Shown here in pieces: positions 51,944-56,045 of a DNA stretch of 56,045 bases. Each line of letters begins with the position of its first letter. The stretch's first letter is position 1. The stretch spans positions 1 through 56,045 of the forward strand of contig JAJYWK010000006.1 of assembly GCA_021791515.1 (NCBI GenBank), read 5' to 3'. A program made the position numbers and the translations under genes. The notes beneath the pieces were generated by a model that was given only the letters and a program-made list of their open reading frames with translations, was not told the origin of the DNA and ran no database searches. The stretch is from a bacterium. Its GTDB lineage: Bacteria; Patescibacteriota; Doudnabacteria; UBA920.

Positions 51944-52067
51944 GGCAATGGTTTACGTATTTGGTTCAACCTTGCCCCGTAGGGACGCCTGGCGTCTCCT
52001 TCGGGGTCCCATCTCGAGCACCATAAAAAGAGAAAGATTTTTAATCGCTCATCAGAGGTAAAATTAT

Positions 52068-53951
52068 ATGGGTAAATTGATAAAAAATTTATTGTTGATT
52101 TTAGCCGGCTTTTTGTTTATTAGCTGGGTATTTGCGTTTTTTAATACCGATGCAAAAGTACAGAGCAAAAGCATATCCGAAATTATTAATGCAGTAGACC
52201 AGCAAAAGGTGGAGAGCGTGAGTATTTCCGAAGATACGGTATTAGCCAAGCTTAAAGACAGCGATGTAAAATATTCCGCCAAGCTAGGCAATGATACATT
52301 TTTAGATATTTTAAAAAACAACGGTATAGCGACGGAAAAAATACGATCCATTAATACTTCTTATGTTACGCCAAGTTTTACCGAGACTTTAGCCAATCAG
52401 ATTTTGCCGTTTTTATTGCCGTTTGCCCTGGTATCATTGTTTATTTATTTTTTGATGCGCCAGGTTCAGGGGTCCAACAATCGCGCGTTAAGTTTTGGCC
52501 AGAGTTCGGTTCGGCTGAATGACGAACGCAAAAACCGCGTAAAATTTTCAGACGTGGCCGGAGCTAAAGAGGCCAAGGAAGAATTAAGCGAAATTGTGGA
52601 ATTTTTGCGTCTGCCTCAAAAGTTTTTGCAATTGGGCGCTAAAATACCCAAAGGAGTACTGCTTTTAGGCAGTCCAGGCGTCGGCAAAACTTTATTAGCC
52701 AGGGCTGTTGCCGGAGAAGCCAATGTGCCATTTTTCCATATTTCCGGATCGGAATTCGTAGAAATGTTTGTGGGCGTGGGTGCTTCGCGCGTGAGGGATT
52801 TATTTAAAAAAGCTAAAAAGAACGCGCCTTGTATAATTTTTATAGATGAAATTGACGCCGTGGGCCGCCAGCGCGGAGCGGGCTTGGGCGGCGGCCACGA
52901 CGAGCGCGAGCAGACTTTAAACCAGATTTTGGTGGAAATGGACGGGTTTGAAACCGACACAAATGTAATTGTTATGGCTGCTACCAACCGGCCGGATGTG
53001 TTAGATCCCGCCTTGCTTCGGCCGGGCAGGTTTGACAGGCAGGTCATGCTGGATTTGCCGGACATTAAAGACCGTACCGAAATTTTAAAGGTTCACGCGA
53101 AAAATAAGCCGCTAGCCGGGGGAGTCAATTTGCGCAAAATTGCCGAACGCACGCCGGGATTTAGCGGCGCCGATTTGGCCAATTTAATCAATGAGGCCGC
53201 GATTTTAACCGCCCGGCGAAACAAAAAAGAAGTGGGTGAAAATGAGCTTAAGGAATCCATTGAAAAAGTGATGCTCGGTCCGGAGCGCAAAAGCCATATT
53301 TTATCCACTAAAGAAAAAGAAGTTACCGCTTATCATGAAGGCGGCCATGCTTTAATTGGCAGCGTCTTGGTGTTTTCCGATCCGGTCCACAAGGTCTCCA
53401 TTATTTCCCGCGGCCGCGCCGCGGGGTACACCATGAAATTGCCTTTTGAAGACAAACACTTGCATACCAAGCAGAGCTTTTTGGACGAAATTGCCGCGCT
53501 TTTGGGCGGCTATGCGGCGGAACTTTTAATCTTTAAAGAACTTACCACCGGGGCTTCCAATGACCTGAAGGTCGCAACTGCCATGGCCAGAAAGTTGGTT
53601 ATGAATTACGGGATGAGCGAAGCGATTGGGCCGATAGTTTTGGGCGACCAGCACGAAATGGTGTTTTTGGGCAGAGAAATTTCGGAACAGCGCAATTACA
53701 GCGAAGCGGTAGCCAAAACCATAGACGAGGAAGTTTCCAAAATAATGAAAGAAGGACTGAAAAGGGCAACCGAAATCTTAACTAAATACAAAAGCCATTT
53801 GGAAACAATTGCGAATAGGCTGGTAAAAGACGAGACTTTGGAGCAGGAGGCATTTTTTGAAATTGTCAAAGATATAATTCCGGCGGAAAAGAAAACAACC
53901 CGGGAATTTACGGAAGTGGCGGAAGAAACTCCGGTACCGCAGCCGGTATAA
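52068..53951 (+). CDS. ftsH: ATP-dependent zinc metalloprotease FtsH
   Basis: [29 protein letters not shown], second region of homology, and the HEGGH zinc motif. Confidence 0.97.
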   Translation: MGKLIKNLLLILAGFLFISWVFAFFNTDAKVQSKSISEIINAVDQQKVESVSISEDTVLAKLKDSDVKYSAKLGNDTFLDILKNNGIATEKIRSINTSYVTPSFTETLANQILPFLLPFALVSLFIYFLMRQVQGSNNRALSFGQSSVRLNDERKNRVKFSDVAGAKEAKEELSEIVEFLRLPQKFLQLGAKIPKGVLLLGSPGVGKTLLARAVAGEANVPFFHISGSEFVEMFVGVGASRVRDLFKKAKKNAPCIIFIDEIDAVGRQRGAGLGGGHDEREQTLNQILVEMDGFETDTNVIVMAATNRPDVLDPALLRPGRFDRQVMLDLPDIKDRTEILKVHAKNKPLAGGVNLRKIAERTPGFSGADLANLINEAAILTARRNKKEVGENELKESIEKVMLGPERKSHILSTKEKEVTAYHEGGHALIGSVLVFSDPVHKVSIISRGRAAGYTMKLPFEDKHLHTKQSFLDEIAALLGGYAAELLIFKELTTGASNDLKVATAMARKLVMNYGMSEAIGPIVLGDQHEMVFLGREISEQRNYSEAVAKTIDEEVSKIMKEGLKRATEILTKYKSHLETIANRLVKDETLEQEAFFEIVKDIIPAEKKTTREFTEVAEETPVPQPV

Positions 53952-53959
53952 TTTGAGGT

Positions 53960-54718
53960 ATGTATAACTTATCCTTTTATTTTATCCAGGCCCTCTGGAT
54001 CGTTTGGCGCAAAAAAAATCTGTGGTTGCTTGGTTTTGTCCAGCAGCTGTGTTTGTTTTTAGTTTTGCGCAGGATTAATCCGTTTTGGTGGCAAAACGGA
54101 TTCAAAATTTTTTGGCAGTTAGGCCTAGTGTTGTTGTTTAGCTTGTCTAGCGTAATGTTATGGCTGCAAATTAAGGCCGATTTACAGCGCAAAGTTTTTA
54201 CGTTGCCTGCAGTTAAATTTTTAAATACTTCCTTAAGGGTGTTTTTGACGACCCTTTTTGCCATTTTTGTCGCGATGGCTTTAAAAGTTTTCCATATGCA
54301 TTGGACTTTTTTTGCCTTATTTTCGGATTTACTCAGCGTAAGCACCGGCATGGCGGTTTTAGCCATGGTTCTTTATAATTTGAATATTTTAAGGAGCGGG
54401 TTTTTTGTGTGGGATTTTTGGCGGCTTAAGCCGTCGGTGCTTTTTAGCATCAGTTTTATTGTACTTATTGCTCACGGTTTTGCTTATTATTTTGCCCATG
54501 CGTTCATCCCGGCCATGCCTGCTTCAATCCGACTGTTTCCAGTTTACGTCCCATCTGCTACAATATGGATGTTGTTTTTAGGTTTGTGTTTAGCGATCGC
54601 TTTTTTAGCGGCTTTTTTAAATACCATAGCGGTAATATTTTTTTTAAGCTCCAATGAGCCAAAAAAAAGCAGTGAAGAGGTGGAAGAAGGAGTAATCCAA
54701 CCAGTGGGGAATGTTTAA
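53960..54718 (+). CDS. hypothetical polytopic membrane protein
   Basis: 252-aa ORF with at least six hydrophobic segments. Confidence 0.55.
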   Translation: MYNLSFYFIQALWIVWRKKNLWLLGFVQQLCLFLVLRRINPFWWQNGFKIFWQLGLVLLFSLSSVMLWLQIKADLQRKVFTLPAVKFLNTSLRVFLTTLFAIFVAMALKVFHMHWTFFALFSDLLSVSTGMAVLAMVLYNLNILRSGFFVWDFWRLKPSVLFSISFIVLIAHGFAYYFAHAFIPAMPASIRLFPVYVPSATIWMLFLGLCLAIAFLAAFLNTIAVIFFLSSNEPKKSSEEVEEGVIQPVGNV

Positions 54719-54819
54719 CAAAGGGGTTTGCGTTGTAAGGTGTGGCAATGCGGCGATTCAAAGAAAATTATTATATTTAGCGGAAGAGTTTTGCAAAAAA
54801 GTTGCTTTACAATAAATTT

Positions 54820-54896
54820 GGACGCGTAGCTCAGTTGGTTAGAGCGATTCGTTGACGTCGAATAGGTCCCCCGTTCGAATCGGGGCGCGTCCACCA
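54820..54896 (+). tRNA. tRNA-Val(GAC)
   Basis: ggacgcg-ta-gctc-agttggtta-gagc-g-attcg-ttGACgt-cgaat-aggtc-ccccg-ttcgaat-cgggg-cgcgtcc-a-cca. Confidence 0.9.
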
Positions 54897-54972
54897 TAAG
54901 AATTAATTCAGAATTTAGAATGGAGAATGCAGAAATTGCTGCATTTTGAATTCTGAATTCTGCATTCAAGAC

Positions 54973-55665
54973 ATGCCCACTTTAGACCAAAAAGCCTTAG
55001 AAAAAATTCTCGGACTTAAAATCCAAAATTCCGATTTGTATCTTTCCGCCTTTACCCACCGGTCCTATTTAAATGAGAACCGTTCTTTTAGTTTGCCGCA
55101 TAACGAACGCTTGGAATTTTTAGGCGATGCGGTGCTGGAATTGGCCGCAACAGAATATTTATACCGCAATTACCCGCATCCGGAAGGCGAATTGACTAAT
55201 TTTAGAAGCGCGTTGGTAAATTATAAAATGCTTTCTGAAATTGCCAAGCGTCTGGGTTTTGAAGATTTTTTATTAATGAGTAAAGGCGAGTCTAAAGACA
55301 CCGGCCGGGCCAGACAGGTAATTTTGGCCAACTGCATAGAAGCTGTTTTGGGCGCTATGTATTTGGATGCCGGTTATCAGGCCACAACTAATTTTATTGC
55401 CAAGGAAGTTTTGGTTTATTTGCCAAAAATTATTGCCGGCGAGACTTATTTGGACCCAAAAAGCCGGCTACAGGAATTGGTGCAGGAAAAATCCGGCATT
55501 ACCCCGCATTATGGCGTGGTAAGCGAGACGGGGCCGGATCACAATAAAACTTTTGTGGTTGCCGCTTATGTGGCGGAAAAAGAAGTCGGGCGCGGCACTG
55601 GCCCGAGCAAACAGGAAGCGGAAATCGCGGCCGCGGAAAATTCTTTAAAAAATAATAGTTTTTAA
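54973..55665 (+). CDS. rnc: ribonuclease III
   Basis: Signature ERLEFLGDAVLEL, a dsRBD at the C-terminus (GPDHNKTF...GTGPSKQEAEIAAA). I moved the start to the ATG at 54973, outside a stuttering repeat. Confidence 0.9.
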   Translation: MPTLDQKALEKILGLKIQNSDLYLSAFTHRSYLNENRSFSLPHNERLEFLGDAVLELAATEYLYRNYPHPEGELTNFRSALVNYKMLSEIAKRLGFEDFLLMSKGESKDTGRARQVILANCIEAVLGAMYLDAGYQATTNFIAKEVLVYLPKIIAGETYLDPKSRLQELVQEKSGITPHYGVVSETGPDHNKTFVVAAYVAEKEVGRGTGPSKQEAEIAAAENSLKNNSF

Positions 55666-55668
55666 AAT

Positions 55669-55708
55669 CACACCCCTGCCAGCCAATCATGCCTGGTCCG
55701 GCAGGGGT
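55669..55708. terminator. GC-rich hairpin between convergent rnc and a micro-ORF
   Basis: cacccctgcc...ggcaggggtg. Confidence 0.6.
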
Positions 55709-55716
55709 GGTGGTGT

Positions 55717-55833
55717 TCATCTTCCGTTGAAGTCGATGAACACCGGCGTTTCTGGCAGAAACCGGCCTAGGCCAAAAGCGGCCATGGCCAGCATTACTGC
55801 CAGAAGCACTTTTGGAAGGTGCTTCTGATTCAT
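55717..55833 (-). CDS. small secreted/membrane peptide (38 aa), hypothetical
   Basis: Own translation MNQKHLPKVLLAVMLAMAAFGLGRFLPETPVFIDFNGR, with aaggagg 7 nt upstream of the ATG. Confidence 0.4.
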   Translation of the reverse strand: MNQKHLPKVLLAVMLAMAAFGLGRFLPETPVFIDFNGR

Positions 55834-55889
55834 GGGGTCCTCCTTAGGAGCAATATCATAACACAAAATTGTAAAAAAGTCAATAAAAA

Positions 55890-56045
55890 ATGTACTTAAA
55901 ACGCTTAGAAATCCACGGCTTTAAATCTTTTGCGCAAAAAACCACAATGGAATTTAGCAGTGGTGTTATTGCCGTTGTCGGCCCCAATGGCAGCGGCAAA
56001 AGCAATGTGGCCGACGCACTGCGGTGGGTCTTGGGCGAGCAGAGT
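55890..56045 (+). CDS. smc: chromosome segregation protein SMC (5' end; runs off the window)
   Basis: [18 protein letters not shown]...[24 protein letters not shown]. Confidence 0.9.
   Translation, partial: MYLKRLEIHGFKSFAQKTTMEFSSGVIAVVGPNGSGKSNVADALRWVLGEQS

Noticed and set aside
1-56045. Alternative genetic code (UGA recoded, as in some CPR lineages).
   Set aside because: Long conserved genes (infB, ftsK, ftsH, recA, murF, ddl) are full length and uninterrupted under the standard code, so reassignment is not needed.

Overview
This is an AT-rich, tightly packed 56-kb bacterial chromosome segment. Housekeeping genes present are nrnA, rbfA, infB, rlmH, murA, murF, alr, ddl, rnhB, ftsK, a rodZ-like gene, recA, lspA, comM/yifB, galU, ftsH, rnc and the 5' end of smc. 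It also carries five paralogous TrmB-like HTH regulators, BrnTA and HicBA toxin-antitoxin pairs, an array of five small pilin-like membrane proteins, and many small membrane ORFs. Gene content and style suggest a reduced-genome Candidate Phyla Radiation (Patescibacteria/Parcubacteria-like) organism using the standard genetic code; this is inference only. I hand-folded 8 intact tRNA genes. The most unusual observation is three loci (Ala 15096-15318, Arg 17459-17682, Pro 18389-18720) where a second tRNA gene of the same anticodon family is split by 2-4 short hairpin insertions. Most of these insertions (six of eight) share CCCC...GGGG ends, usually followed by TAAA. In each locus one insertion contains a complete, co-oriented tRNA flanked by an 11-13 bp leader/trailer helix. 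Removing the insertions at their shared ends restores full cloverleaves with all stems paired. Related palindromic elements are nested inside other repeats and sit in frame inside housekeeping genes (alr, murF, rlmH, a hydrolase, an O-antigen-ligase-like gene), in the manner of Rickettsia palindromic elements. Other notable items: an XRE-HTH::MurA fusion with a palindromic operator candidate; a conserved 50-nt hairpin after two GC-rich cassettes; a perfect 33-bp inverted repeat flanking comM-galU; a 42-bp perfect palindrome next to a PaaX/Cas2-fold regulator; and a 0.9-kb gene-free region. All coordinates and folds were derived by eye and need computational confirmation.
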